This document shows positions 19,270 to 28,376 of a stretch of DNA of 64,000 nt, piece after piece. A program made the position numbers and the translations under genes. Position 1 is the stretch's first letter. Every line of letters starts with the position of its first letter. The notes below the pieces were generated by a model. It was not told the DNA's origin. It worked only from the letters and a program-made list of their open reading frames with translations, and ran no database searches. This DNA is from Patescibacteria group bacterium. GTDB lineage: Bacteria; Patescibacteriota; Patescibacteriia; PEXW01. Location of the stretch: assembly GCA_041665345.1 (NCBI GenBank), contig JBAYJA010000001.1, forward strand, positions 521,206-585,205, read 5' to 3'.

Positions 19270-20151
19270 ATGCTCATCAACCTTGCCCTCATTCTCTTCG
19301 TGGCTGCGGTGGTCGCGCTCATCGTGGCCGCCTGGAAAATTGCAGATAGCCTTATCAAAAGTCCGCGGGAGATCCGTCCGGAGGATTGGGTGACGTTTGG
19401 TTTCCACCCAGAGTTTGTCCGCTTTGCTGCAACGGACAAGGTACAGCTGTCTGGTGCCTTCATCAAAGGCAACCGGCCAGAAACCATTCTCCTCCTCCAC
19501 GGGTACAGCCATTCCAAAACCCAGCTTCTCCCCCAAGCCAAACTCCTGCACGCGCAAGGGTACAATCTCTTTCTCTTTGACTTCCGTGGTTCAGGTGAGA
19601 GTGGAGGAGACTACATTACCTTTGGCGAAGAAGAGCAGCGAGATTTGGTGGGTGCTGTTGATTACCTGCGCTCCCGAAAAGACATTGATACAGACCGCCT
19701 GGGTATTTTTGGTTTTTCCATGGGTGGTTCGGTCGCCTTGCTCAAGGGTGGTGAATTGCCAGGTGTGCGAGCAATTATTGTGGACTCCAGTTACGCGGAA
19801 TTCACCTCACTCATTAAAATGAGTTTCAAAGAGTACTTGGGTAAATTTCCTTTTTTTCCACTTGGGAACTTAGTGCTGTACCTCATTAAGGTTCGGACCG
19901 GTGCGTACTTTGCGAACATCAAACCTTTCCAAAATGTGCACAAACTTGGCAGCATTCCGTTGCTCGTCATTCATGGCACTGCTGACCGCACCGTACCGTT
20001 CTGGGATGCCCTGCGCGTCCAAGGCAGTGCCACAGGCCCTGCTGAGCTAATGGTAGTCCAAGGGGCTGGGCATAATGATACATTTGCCACGGGCGGGGAT
20101 AGGTATGCCAAAAAAGTTGTGGGCTTTTTCCAAACCCACTTAGGCGAGTAA
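19270..20151 (+). CDS. Membrane-anchored alpha/beta hydrolase
   Basis: N-terminal TM helix, GFSMGG nucleophile elbow and a C-terminal HGxxD. Confidence 0.7.
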   Translation: MLINLALILFVAAVVALIVAAWKIADSLIKSPREIRPEDWVTFGFHPEFVRFAATDKVQLSGAFIKGNRPETILLLHGYSHSKTQLLPQAKLLHAQGYNLFLFDFRGSGESGGDYITFGEEEQRDLVGAVDYLRSRKDIDTDRLGIFGFSMGGSVALLKGGELPGVRAIIVDSSYAEFTSLIKMSFKEYLGKFPFFPLGNLVLYLIKVRTGAYFANIKPFQNVHKLGSIPLLVIHGTADRTVPFWDALRVQGSATGPAELMVVQGAGHNDTFATGGDRYAKKVVGFFQTHLGE

Positions 20152-20174
20152 AAAAGCAGAAAATGTGGTAACCC

Positions 20175-20203
20175 TTGACAAATAAGGGGTTTTGGTGTAT
20201 TCT
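20175..20203 (+). promoter_or_regulatory. Sigma70-type promoter
   Basis: TTGACA, a 17-nt spacer, then TATTCT. AAGGAG lies 7 nt before the ATG at 20250. Confidence 0.5.
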
Positions 20204-20249
20204 CAGCAGTTAAAACTGAAATAAAAACACTTTACAACAAGGAGTTGTT

Positions 20250-21035
20250 ATGTGCTTGTTTAAGAGAGTCTACGTAAACGGCCAGCAGGCCACAGTGGCT
20301 CAGGATGGTTTCTTTGAGACCGACCTACGCGGACCGCTGGACATCAGTGTTGCGGTTTTACCGACTGCAGCACAAGCTGCCCGGAGTTTCGCCTTCTCAA
20401 TAACTGGGCGTGAAAAGGTTATCACACTTCGGGATTGGGTCGTGGAAGACGAAGTGGTTAGTGTTGAGTTCACCGTAAAGCTGAACGCTCAAGGCGTTCC
20501 AGCATATCCGGATAACCATATCAAGGTGTTTGCCATTGGCTCGGATGGAGACTTCTCGGTGTACGAAATTTCCGTGGTACGACAGGAAGACCGATTCTTC
20601 CTATGCCAGCAGGTTACCCACCGCGGAACTTGCTACCGTGACCAGGAAGGTCTGGTACGCTGCCCGTACTTCTCGCAAGGCATCCACCAGTGGACCGCGC
20701 TCATGCCGTACATCGAGAACCTAGCCAAAAAGTTCGTCAAGGTTCTCCCGCCCATCAGCGCATACCACGAGCCAAGAGAGCTACTCATTTCGCCGAAGAA
20801 TGGTCATGGTTACGTTTGTTGGTTCAACATTGCCATGGGTGTCGGCGTTGCCAAAGTCCGTTTGGATGGAGAAGTGCAGTCAGTGAAAATTTACTGGCGG
20901 CATATCACCAACCGAACCAATAACGGTCTTCGGTACGTGCCTGAGAGTTCGGTCATTACGTACCAGCACATTCAACTGGTACCCAACCCCAAGGGCCTCT
21001 CTCACCAACTCATTGGTGTGAAGTTGGCCGCTTAA
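20250..21035 (+). CDS. Hypothetical protein
   Basis: 261 aa with its own canonical promoter and SD. No family recognised. Confidence 0.5.
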   Translation: MCLFKRVYVNGQQATVAQDGFFETDLRGPLDISVAVLPTAAQAARSFAFSITGREKVITLRDWVVEDEVVSVEFTVKLNAQGVPAYPDNHIKVFAIGSDGDFSVYEISVVRQEDRFFLCQQVTHRGTCYRDQEGLVRCPYFSQGIHQWTALMPYIENLAKKFVKVLPPISAYHEPRELLISPKNGHGYVCWFNIAMGVGVAKVRLDGEVQSVKIYWRHITNRTNNGLRYVPESSVITYQHIQLVPNPKGLSHQLIGVKLAA

Positions 21036-21058
21036 GTCGCACATTTATTTTCGGAACC

Positions 21059-21086
21059 GGGTACGAGCCTCACAACCTCGTACCCT
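21059..21086 (+). terminator. Hairpin terminator
   Basis: gggtacgag...ctcgtaccc 9-bp stem followed by a T-rich stretch. Confidence 0.45.
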
Positions 21087-21154
21087 CCTTCCTCCAGCGG
21101 TTTTCAAATAACCCTTGAAGGAAGGAATAGAAAATCAACAAATAGGAGAAAAAA

Positions 21155-21661
21155 ATGGAGAACATTACAAATCATTTCATTGCCATGTACGTAGTCGTGG
21201 GTCTGATATTTTTCGTACTTCTTGTTCTGACAATCCGATCTTTTCTTTTCATGAGGAAGCGTTTGAAAGATCGCTGTTACGAGGCACACTGTTACGCTCT
21301 GGAAATGCTCCTCTCTTTGCGAGGCACTGAGATTATGCCTGCAACGCTTGAATGGCACCAGAAGTGTCTAATACTTCTGGAGTCACACCCCTCAATCCCA
21401 GAGTACTTCCGGACGTCAGGTATTGGACCAAGAACATCATCGTTGATGATCTGCTGCATTCGGATCCAAACCTTAAGCGCAATGTACCAACGAACGATGC
21501 AATTCCTAGTGAGAGAGGGACTCTCACAAGAGATGATTGACAGTACACAAAAGCGGTTCGAACAGGAATTTGCCGATACCGAAAAGGTTTTGCAAGAAAA
21601 AGGTTATGCGTACGATATTCAACCAATGCGTCACGCGCTTGCACACGTACTCGGCATTTAA
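21155..21661 (+). CDS. Hypothetical membrane protein
   Basis: 168 aa with an N-terminal TM helix (FIAMYVVVGLIFFVLLVL). Confidence 0.45.
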   Translation: MENITNHFIAMYVVVGLIFFVLLVLTIRSFLFMRKRLKDRCYEAHCYALEMLLSLRGTEIMPATLEWHQKCLILLESHPSIPEYFRTSGIGPRTSSLMICCIRIQTLSAMYQRTMQFLVREGLSQEMIDSTQKRFEQEFADTEKVLQEKGYAYDIQPMRHALAHVLGI

Positions 21662-21743
21662 GTGTAACTTCATCAAAGGCAGTACATTCGTCTCGTTCTT
21701 TCCATGACACGGTCCCTCCTGGATCGTGTTTTGCTATCTGCTG

Positions 21744-21790
21744 ACCCCGCATACGTTAAAGTAATATGCAGCTGCGGGGTTTCGCTCTGC
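21744..21790 (+). terminator. Hairpin upstream of alaS (terminator or leader structure)
   Basis: ccccgcata...tatgc...tgcgggg stem followed by tttcgctctgccttt. Confidence 0.35.
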
Positions 21791-21870
21791 CTTTGCCTCT
21801 TTCATTACAGGCATTATTTGGCGGAGCTCAACTTGCCTTTGGCAGGGTTTTTCGCGTACACTAGGCACAC

Positions 21871-23715
21871 ATGCAGCTGAAGGATATTCGTTCAAAATTC
21901 TTGCATTTCTTTGAAACGCGGAAGCACCGGGTGATATTGTCGTCCTCGCTCATTCCCGCAAATGACCCATCCGTTTTGCTCACCACTGCGGGTATGCAGC
22001 AGTTCAAGCCATACATGCTGGGGGAGCGGGATCCCAAGGCAGACTTGGGTGGCCGCCGGTTCACCAGCGTGCAGAAGTGCTTCCGCACCTCGGACATTGA
22101 CGAAGTGGGGGATGCCACGCACCTAACCTTCTTTGAAATGCTGGGGAACTTTAGCGTGGGGGATTACTTCAAGAAAGAAGCCATTGCCTACGCCTGGGAA
22201 TTTTGCACAAAAGTGGCACACGTCGCTGAAGACCGGATGTGGGCAACGTACTTCCACGGGGATGACGTGCGGGTGAAGAAAGTGAAAACGCACTTACCTG
22301 CCGACAGTGAATCAGCCAAGCTCTGGCAGCAGTACTTGCCCAAGGAACGCATTGCTGGGTACGGGCATGATGCAAACTTCTGGGGTCCACCCGGCCAGAC
22401 TGGCCCTTGCGGCCCGTGTACGGAAATCCACATTGACCGGACGGGTACGCCGTGTGACTTGGGGGCCAAGTGCTTGCCCAATTGCAATTGTGGTCGGTTC
22501 CTGGAAGTCTGGAATTTGGTACTTATGCAGTATGAGAAGAATGCTGAGGGCGCGTATATTGAATTGCCCATGAAGAATATTGACACGGGTATGGGTTTGG
22601 AACGCTTGGCTATGATCTTGCAGGGGAAGGACAGCGTTTTCCAAACCGAAGCGTTCGCACATATTATTGACGTGGTGAAAGCCGACCCGCACTTCGCGTT
22701 GACGGGTGTTGATGTGGAAGATGTGCGCCGCTTGCGCATTGTCTCAGACCACTTGAAGGCCGCGATCTTCCTCCGCGCGGATGAAGTGCGTTTTAGTAAC
22801 AAAGAGCAGGGTTACATTCTGCGCCGCATTTTTCGCCGAGCCTGTGACCAGTACCTCCACCCAAATCCAGATTTGTCAGCAGTCTTTGATGCGGTGGCGA
22901 AAGAGTACGGGCATGCCTACCCCGAGCTGGAGCAGAAGCGCCAAGCGATTTTGGAAGACTTCCAAAAAGAGTATGGGAATTATGAGAAAGTCCGGCTCAT
23001 GGATATTGGCAAACTGGTAAAGCAGTTGCCGCGGGACCATGTCCTTGGGCAAGTGGAAACGCCGCAAGGGGAGTCCCACATCCAAATTACTGGCAAAGCA
23101 GCCGTCCAATTGTTCACGACCTACGGCACGTCCGTGGATCAGTTGCGCCAAAAAGGCTTTGCCTTTGACCAGGCAGACTTTGAAATTGAACTGGACAAGC
23201 ATCGCGGTGTGTCCCGCGCCGGCGCCACCAGCAAATTTGGCGGCCATGGTTTGTACAGCGCTGATTTGACGGACGAGGAACGAAAAATTGCCACGCGGTT
23301 GCACACGGCCACCCACTTGCTGCAGCAAGCTCTGCGCGACGTACTGGGTCCAGAGGTGCAGCAGGACGGGTCAGACATTACCCCAGAGCGTTTACGTTTT
23401 GACTTCCGTTACCCCCAGAAAATGACGCCAGAGCAGATTCTCCAGGTGGAAACCATTGTGAACGCCAAAATCAAGGAAGACTTACCTGTGGAAAAACAGG
23501 AAATGCCCATCAAAGACGCCCTCGCAGCCGGGGCTTTAGCTTTTTTCAAAGAGAAGTACCCAGAGAAGGTTACGGTCTATTCTGTGGGAAATTACTCCAA
23601 GGAACTCTGTGGCGGCCCGCACGTGACGCATACGGGGGAGCTGGGCAGCTTTAAGATCCAGTCGGAGAAGTCAGTTTCCGCCGGGGTACGGCGGATAAAG
23701 GCAGTGGTTGGGTAG
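21871..23715 (+). CDS. alaS: Alanine--tRNA ligase (short form lacking C-Ala domain)
   Basis: N-terminal class II core (FFETRKH, TTAGMQQFKP), editing-domain HxxxH (HTATHLL) and CGGPHV motifs. At 614 aa it ends after the editing domain. Confidence 0.9.
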   Translation: MQLKDIRSKFLHFFETRKHRVILSSSLIPANDPSVLLTTAGMQQFKPYMLGERDPKADLGGRRFTSVQKCFRTSDIDEVGDATHLTFFEMLGNFSVGDYFKKEAIAYAWEFCTKVAHVAEDRMWATYFHGDDVRVKKVKTHLPADSESAKLWQQYLPKERIAGYGHDANFWGPPGQTGPCGPCTEIHIDRTGTPCDLGAKCLPNCNCGRFLEVWNLVLMQYEKNAEGAYIELPMKNIDTGMGLERLAMILQGKDSVFQTEAFAHIIDVVKADPHFALTGVDVEDVRRLRIVSDHLKAAIFLRADEVRFSNKEQGYILRRIFRRACDQYLHPNPDLSAVFDAVAKEYGHAYPELEQKRQAILEDFQKEYGNYEKVRLMDIGKLVKQLPRDHVLGQVETPQGESHIQITGKAAVQLFTTYGTSVDQLRQKGFAFDQADFEIELDKHRGVSRAGATSKFGGHGLYSADLTDEERKIATRLHTATHLLQQALRDVLGPEVQQDGSDITPERLRFDFRYPQKMTPEQILQVETIVNAKIKEDLPVEKQEMPIKDALAAGALAFFKEKYPEKVTVYSVGNYSKELCGGPHVTHTGELGSFKIQSEKSVSAGVRRIKAVVG

Positions 23716-24154
23716 TTGTAAAGCCATAGAGCGGTAAAGCTGTAGAGATCCTGGAAGCCTGCAACAATCTGTCATTGCGAGGAACGAGTCTTTCACCGCC
23801 TTGGCGGGACCCCGCTGCTGCGGTGGCGAGTGACGTGGCAATCCCGCTGTCATACGGAACCAAGATGACTCTCTGGCTCGTGACCAACAATCCACGCACC
23901 CTGGAGAGGGTGCTCTGGTTGTGCACCACCTTGTCACCTCCATTAGGGTTACCTCCCCTACCCCCTCCTTCGAAAGGGGGGGGGAGGAGTTTGTTTAAGT
24001 AAGCCATACCCCCCGTATCGAGATACGTTACACGGATGACGGCAATCGTTAAAGAATCAAGCAATTGTAACCCAACCTTTTACGAAATCCTATGCCCATT
24101 GCCGATACGGGTTGCGATACCGTTACCCGTATTCCATTCCTCCACCCCAGCCCT

Positions 24155-24182
24155 TGACGTCCCTCCAGCGGTCTGGTACAGT
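24155..24182 (+). promoter_or_regulatory. Candidate sigma70-type promoter for infA-ribosomal operon
   Basis: TTGACG, a 16-17-nt spacer, then TACAGT, about 170 nt upstream of infA. Confidence 0.4.
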
Positions 24183-24349
24183 CCACTGGTAGCTGTTTTA
24201 TTCTCTACAACCTGGTCTCTGTTGCGCTCGCCCTTGTCCTGATGCTGCTGTGTACTGACTATCCCATCTTTGTATTGGGAGGTAGTTGCACAGTACCGTC
24301 CTCGGTGTTTTCGGACGGGTGTTTGCCTGACCCAGGAACTTTCCACCGC

Positions 24350-24622
24350 ATGGCTCGATTCCGCCGAAAACCCCAAGATGGACTTCCCAAGCCGGAAGCA
24401 CGCGGGGTCAATAAGAAAGGTTTTTTGGAGGTTGATGGGATTATTGAAGAACTCCTGCCTTCCGCTACCTTTCGCGTCCGTTTGCAGAACGGCCACATTA
24501 TTCTGGCGCACCTCTCCGGCCGCATGCGCATGAACAAGATTAAAATTCTCCCCGGGGACTCGGTGATTCTGGAAATGACCCCCTACGACCTGCACAAGGG
24601 TCGGATTACCTACCGCAAGTAA
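24350..24622 (+). CDS. infA: Translation initiation factor IF-1
   Basis: S1-like core [46 protein letters not shown] chose the ATG at 24350. The longer ORF from 24242 is unlikely. Confidence 0.8.
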   Translation: MARFRRKPQDGLPKPEARGVNKKGFLEVDGIIEELLPSATFRVRLQNGHIILAHLSGRMRMNKIKILPGDSVILEMTPYDLHKGRITYRK

Positions 24623-24630
24623 TTTCCTGT

Positions 24631-24744
24631 ATGAAAGTTCGCGCCTCTGTTAAACCCATTTGCATGAAATGCCGCGTCATTCGACGGGGCAAGAAGCTGC
24701 TGGTCATTTGCAGTAACCCCAAGCATAAGCAACGTCAAGGCTAA
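24631..24744 (+). CDS. rpmJ: 50S ribosomal protein L36
   Basis: [37 protein letters not shown]. Below the ORF-track length cutoff, so read directly from the sequence. Confidence 0.85.
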   Translation: MKVRASVKPICMKCRVIRRGKKLLVICSNPKHKQRQG

Positions 24745-24747
24745 TCT

Positions 24748-25137
24748 ATGGCTGCACGTATCGCCGGTGTCACCCTTCCAAATAAACCCATCCGCATTGC
24801 CTTGCGGTACATTTATGGCATTGGGCCCACCCTGGCTGAGCGGATTTTGGCTGAGGCAAAAGTGAATCCCCAGACGCGGACCAATGATCTGAGTGATACG
24901 GACGTGAACAAGTTGCGTGAACTGGTGGAAAAAGGCCACAAGGTAGAAGGGGATCTGCGACGTGACATTCTCATGAACATCAAGCGTTTGAAAGAAATCA
25001 ACTCGCACCGGGGCATGCGCCACGCGCGCAACTTGCCGGTTCGCGGCCAACGCACCAAGACCAATTCCCGCACCACGCGTGGTAACGTCCGCCGCACCAT
25101 GGGCAGTGGCCGCAAACCTTCAGCAGAAAAGACCTAA
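24748..25137 (+). CDS. rpsM: 30S ribosomal protein S13
   Basis: MAARIAGVTLPNKPIRIALRYIYGIGP. Confidence 0.9.
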   Translation: MAARIAGVTLPNKPIRIALRYIYGIGPTLAERILAEAKVNPQTRTNDLSDTDVNKLRELVEKGHKVEGDLRRDILMNIKRLKEINSHRGMRHARNLPVRGQRTKTNSRTTRGNVRRTMGSGRKPSAEKT

Positions 25138-25146
25138 CCCGCCTCT

Positions 25147-25614
25147 ATGTCTGACGACCAAGCAAAAGTCTTACCCGAATTTAGCACCGAACTTCCCGGC
25201 GCTCCTGTTGCACCTGAGGTGGAAGCCACGGCTCCAGCCAAAAAGAAGCGCAAGAAGTCCAAGAAGTTCGTGCAGCACGGCATTGCTTTTGTGCAAGCCA
25301 CCTACAACAACACCATTGTGAGCATTGCGGATTTGAATGGGAACGTCATTGGCTGGCGCTCTGCCGGCGCCGCAGGTTTTCGCGGCCCCAAGAAGGGCAC
25401 ACCGTACGCCGCCGGGGTGATTGTTCGCCAGCTCATGGAGAAGATTAAGGACGTGGGGTTGCGCCAGGTGGATGTCCGCGTCAAAGGCATTGGCAGTGGC
25501 CGGGAAGCCGCGATCCGCGCCCTGGTTGGCAATGGTTTAGCAATTACGTCAATCAAAGATGTCACGCCCATTCCGCACAACGGTGTTCGGGCACCTAAAG
25601 TTCGCCGCGTCTAA
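25147..25614 (+). CDS. rpsK: 30S ribosomal protein S11
   Basis: GIAFVQATYNNTIVSIADLNGNVIGWRSAG. Confidence 0.9.
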   Translation: MSDDQAKVLPEFSTELPGAPVAPEVEATAPAKKKRKKSKKFVQHGIAFVQATYNNTIVSIADLNGNVIGWRSAGAAGFRGPKKGTPYAAGVIVRQLMEKIKDVGLRQVDVRVKGIGSGREAAIRALVGNGLAITSIKDVTPIPHNGVRAPKVRRV

Positions 25615-25622
25615 CACTTCTT

Positions 25623-26231
25623 ATGGCTCGTACTCTTGGTCCAAAACATAAGCGCTGCCGTCGGTACGGCGTGAAACTCTGCGACGCTGCGAAGTGTCCA
25701 GTCACCCGTCGTCCCTACCCAACCGGGCAGCACGGCCCCAAGGGCGCGTCCCGCATGTCCGAGTATGGCACCCAGCTGGCCGAGAAGCAGAAAGCCCGCG
25801 CCATCTACGGTTTGCTGGAACGGCAATTTTCAAACTACTTTGTGAAAGCCAAGCGGAAGAAAGGCGACACTGGCCAGCACTTGCTGCAGCTCCTGGAGCG
25901 CCGGCTGGACAATGCCGTGTTCCGCGCTGGCTTTGCCGCCACGCACGCCCAGGCCCGGCAGTACGTGGGCCACGGCATGGTCATGGTGAATGGCAAGCGC
26001 GTCACCATTCCTTCCTTCAGCCTGAAAGTTGGCGAAGTGATTACCCTCAAACCCACGGCCCGGGTGAAAGCCCAGGTGCAGGAACGTTTGAAAGGCGTGC
26101 ACGAAGCCGTGCCTACCTGGTTGACCGTGGACATGGAAAAAGTGTCAGCCACGCTGGCTCGGCTCCCCGAACGGGATGACGTGCAGCAGCCGCTCAACAT
26201 GCAGCTCATCGTCGAATTTTACTCTCGCTAG
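25623..26231 (+). CDS. rpsD: 30S ribosomal protein S4
   Basis: MARTLGPKHKRCRRYG plus a C-terminal S4 RNA-binding domain. Confidence 0.9.
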   Translation: MARTLGPKHKRCRRYGVKLCDAAKCPVTRRPYPTGQHGPKGASRMSEYGTQLAEKQKARAIYGLLERQFSNYFVKAKRKKGDTGQHLLQLLERRLDNAVFRAGFAATHAQARQYVGHGMVMVNGKRVTIPSFSLKVGEVITLKPTARVKAQVQERLKGVHEAVPTWLTVDMEKVSATLARLPERDDVQQPLNMQLIVEFYSR

Positions 26232-26249
26232 TTCGTTTACGAAACGCTT

Positions 26250-27023
26250 ATGGAACGCATCCAACTCCCATCCAAAATTTCCTTCACCGACACCGAGCCC
26301 AACGTTACGGACGTGGTCATTGAACCATGCTTCCCTGGCTACGGCACCACGCTGGGCAATGCCCTGCGTCGCGTCCTCCTGTCCTCGTTACCTGGCGCTG
26401 CAATTACCGCGGTGAAGATTACCAATGCCACGCATGAATTTGCCACAGTTCCACATGTGAAAGAAGACGTGGTGGACCTCATTTTGAACCTCAAAGGCGT
26501 ACGCTTGGCTGTGCACGAAGGGGAAGGCGGCACCGTGATGCTGAAGGTGAAGGGTGAGAAGGTTGCAACCGCTGGGGACATTAAGTGCCCAGCCAACATT
26601 GAAATCCGCAACCCTGAGCATGTCATTGCTACCCTAACCGACAAAGCTGCCGATTTGGAAATTGAGTGCACGGTTGGCGTTGGCCGTGGGTACGTCCCCG
26701 TGGAGCAGCGCGAGAAAGAGCGGTTGGATCTGGGCGTGATTGCTGTGGATGCGATTTACACTCCAGTGCGCAATGTGAACTTTGCCGTGGAGCACGTCCG
26801 CGTTGGCCAAATGACCAACTACGACAAAGTGACATTGACCATCCGCACGGACGGTACCATCACCCCCGCAGCTGCCTTTGGTGATGCCACGCATATCCTG
26901 GTTGACCACTTCCAACATTTGCTCGAGTCCGTTCCTGCTGTTGCGGTTGCTGAAGTAGCAGACGAAAAACCTGCGAAGAAAAAGAAAGCAACCAAGAAAG
27001 AGAAAGCTGAAGACGCTGAATAA
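26250..27023 (+). CDS. rpoA: DNA-directed RNA polymerase subunit alpha, N-terminal domain only (no alpha-CTD)
   Basis: The alpha NTD dimerisation/assembly domain is clear. The protein ends at 257 aa with a lysine-rich tail instead of the CTD. Confidence 0.85.
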   Translation: MERIQLPSKISFTDTEPNVTDVVIEPCFPGYGTTLGNALRRVLLSSLPGAAITAVKITNATHEFATVPHVKEDVVDLILNLKGVRLAVHEGEGGTVMLKVKGEKVATAGDIKCPANIEIRNPEHVIATLTDKAADLEIECTVGVGRGYVPVEQREKERLDLGVIAVDAIYTPVRNVNFAVEHVRVGQMTNYDKVTLTIRTDGTITPAAAFGDATHILVDHFQHLLESVPAVAVAEVADEKPAKKKKATKKEKAEDAE

Positions 27024-27031
27024 TATTTTGT

Positions 27032-27382
27032 ATGCGCCACCGGAAGACCCGTCCCACTCTTGATCGAAAAGCTGCACCACGCAACGCCATGTTGCGCCAG
27101 ATGGTGGCGAGTGTTGTGCTGACCGGACGGATTGTGAGCACCACGGCTAAAGTCCGCGCGGTGCAACCTCTAGTGGAGCGCGCCGTGACCACGGCGAAGA
27201 GCAACACCCTGGCTGCCCGGCGTCAGCTTATGCGCACCTTGCCGGAAGCTGCAGTCAACAAACTCCTTACCACCTGGGGCCCCAAGTTCAAAGAGCGCAA
27301 AGGCGGCTACACTCGCCGCATGCTCATTGGCCAACGCCAAGGCGACGGCGGCCACCAGGCAATGCTTGAATTCATCGACTAA
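27032..27382 (+). CDS. rplQ: 50S ribosomal protein L17
   Basis: MRHRKTRPTLDRKAAPRNAMLRQM. Confidence 0.9.
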   Translation: MRHRKTRPTLDRKAAPRNAMLRQMVASVVLTGRIVSTTAKVRAVQPLVERAVTTAKSNTLAARRQLMRTLPEAAVNKLLTTWGPKFKERKGGYTRRMLIGQRQGDGGHQAMLEFID

Positions 27383-27747
27383 TGCGTAAACCCTCACCAC
27401 CACAAACGATTGTGACTCTGGATGCCAGCGGCAAAGTCCTGGGTCGTTTTGCAACCCAAGTTGCCGTCTATCTCATGGGCAAGCACCGTCCTAGCTACCG
27501 GCCAGATGCCATTACTGGCGACCGGGTGGTGGTGGAAAATGCCAAGAAGATTATGGTGACCGGCAACAAGCTCACCCAGAAGCACTACCACCACTTCTCC
27601 GGCTACCCCGGTGGCTTGCGCAGCACCAACCTGCGAGACAAGCTTGCTAAAGATCCAACCTCCATCATCATTCTGGCCGTGAAGCGCATGCTGCCCAACA
27701 ACCGGCAGCGCGCGCTCCTGCTCAAGCGGCTCACCGTCAAACCGTAA
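27382..27747 (+). CDS. rplM: 50S ribosomal protein L13
   Basis: Start overlaps the rplQ stop (TAATG). L13 core motifs are present. Confidence 0.85.
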   Translation: MRKPSPPQTIVTLDASGKVLGRFATQVAVYLMGKHRPSYRPDAITGDRVVVENAKKIMVTGNKLTQKHYHHFSGYPGGLRSTNLRDKLAKDPTSIIILAVKRMLPNNRQRALLLKRLTVKP

Positions 27748-27759
27748 ACTTTTTTCCAA

Positions 27760-28329
27760 ATGCCTACCAAAGCTACTGCCAAGCCAGCCCGCAAACCCGC
27801 CGCCAAAGCCGCGGCCAAGAAACCCACCAAGCACACTGCTGCTGGCGGGAAGATTGTGGTGAAGCGCGCGGTGAAGAAAGTAGTCCACAAAGCAGCCGTA
27901 CCAAAGGTGGAAGCGCTGCACACGGTGGCCATGCCCGCCCGGGAGGAGTACCAGTCAACAGTTGGCCGCCGCAAAACTGCGGTTGCCCGCGTGCGCTACT
28001 ACAAACTGGGTACCGGGGAAATTGTGGTAAACAACTTGCCCGTGGAAAAGTACTTTGGGTACTTTACCTGGCAAGAGCTGGCCAAGCGCCCGCTGACCAT
28101 TGCCAACTGGCAAACTGGCCGCTGGACCATCAAAGTCCAAGGCGGTGGCGTTCCCGCCCAGGCGCACGCCATGGCGCACGGCATTGCCCGCATGCTCCAA
28201 ACTCTGGACGTTGATCTGCGTGCTTCCCTCAAGAAGGCAGGCATGTTGACCCGGGATGCCCGCGTCAAAGAGCGCAAGAAGTACGGTTTGAAGCGTGCTC
28301 GCCGCGCCCCGCAGTGGCAGAAGCGTTAA
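27760..28329 (+). CDS. rpsI: 30S ribosomal protein S9 with about 60-aa K/A-rich N-terminal extension
   Basis: S9 core YQSTVGRRKTAVARV... through C-terminal KKYGLKRARRAPQWQKR. Histone-H1-like N-terminal tail. Confidence 0.85.
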   Translation: MPTKATAKPARKPAAKAAAKKPTKHTAAGGKIVVKRAVKKVVHKAAVPKVEALHTVAMPAREEYQSTVGRRKTAVARVRYYKLGTGEIVVNNLPVEKYFGYFTWQELAKRPLTIANWQTGRWTIKVQGGGVPAQAHAMAHGIARMLQTLDVDLRASLKKAGMLTRDARVKERKKYGLKRARRAPQWQKR

Positions 28330-28376
28330 GCTTTGCCCATGCGCCACTGGCGCACTGTCGGTGCTGGTGATTCCCT

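Noticed and set aside
23925-23945. 16S rRNA 3' end-like string gtcacctcc
   Set aside because: It is only a 7-9 nt match with no surrounding rRNA-like sequence, and there is no rRNA operon context.
24242-24349. Longer infA ORF starting at 24242
   Set aside because: It would add about 36 non-conserved residues, and a promoter-like element at 24155-24182 would then lie too close. The ATG at 24350 gives an IF-1 of near-canonical length.
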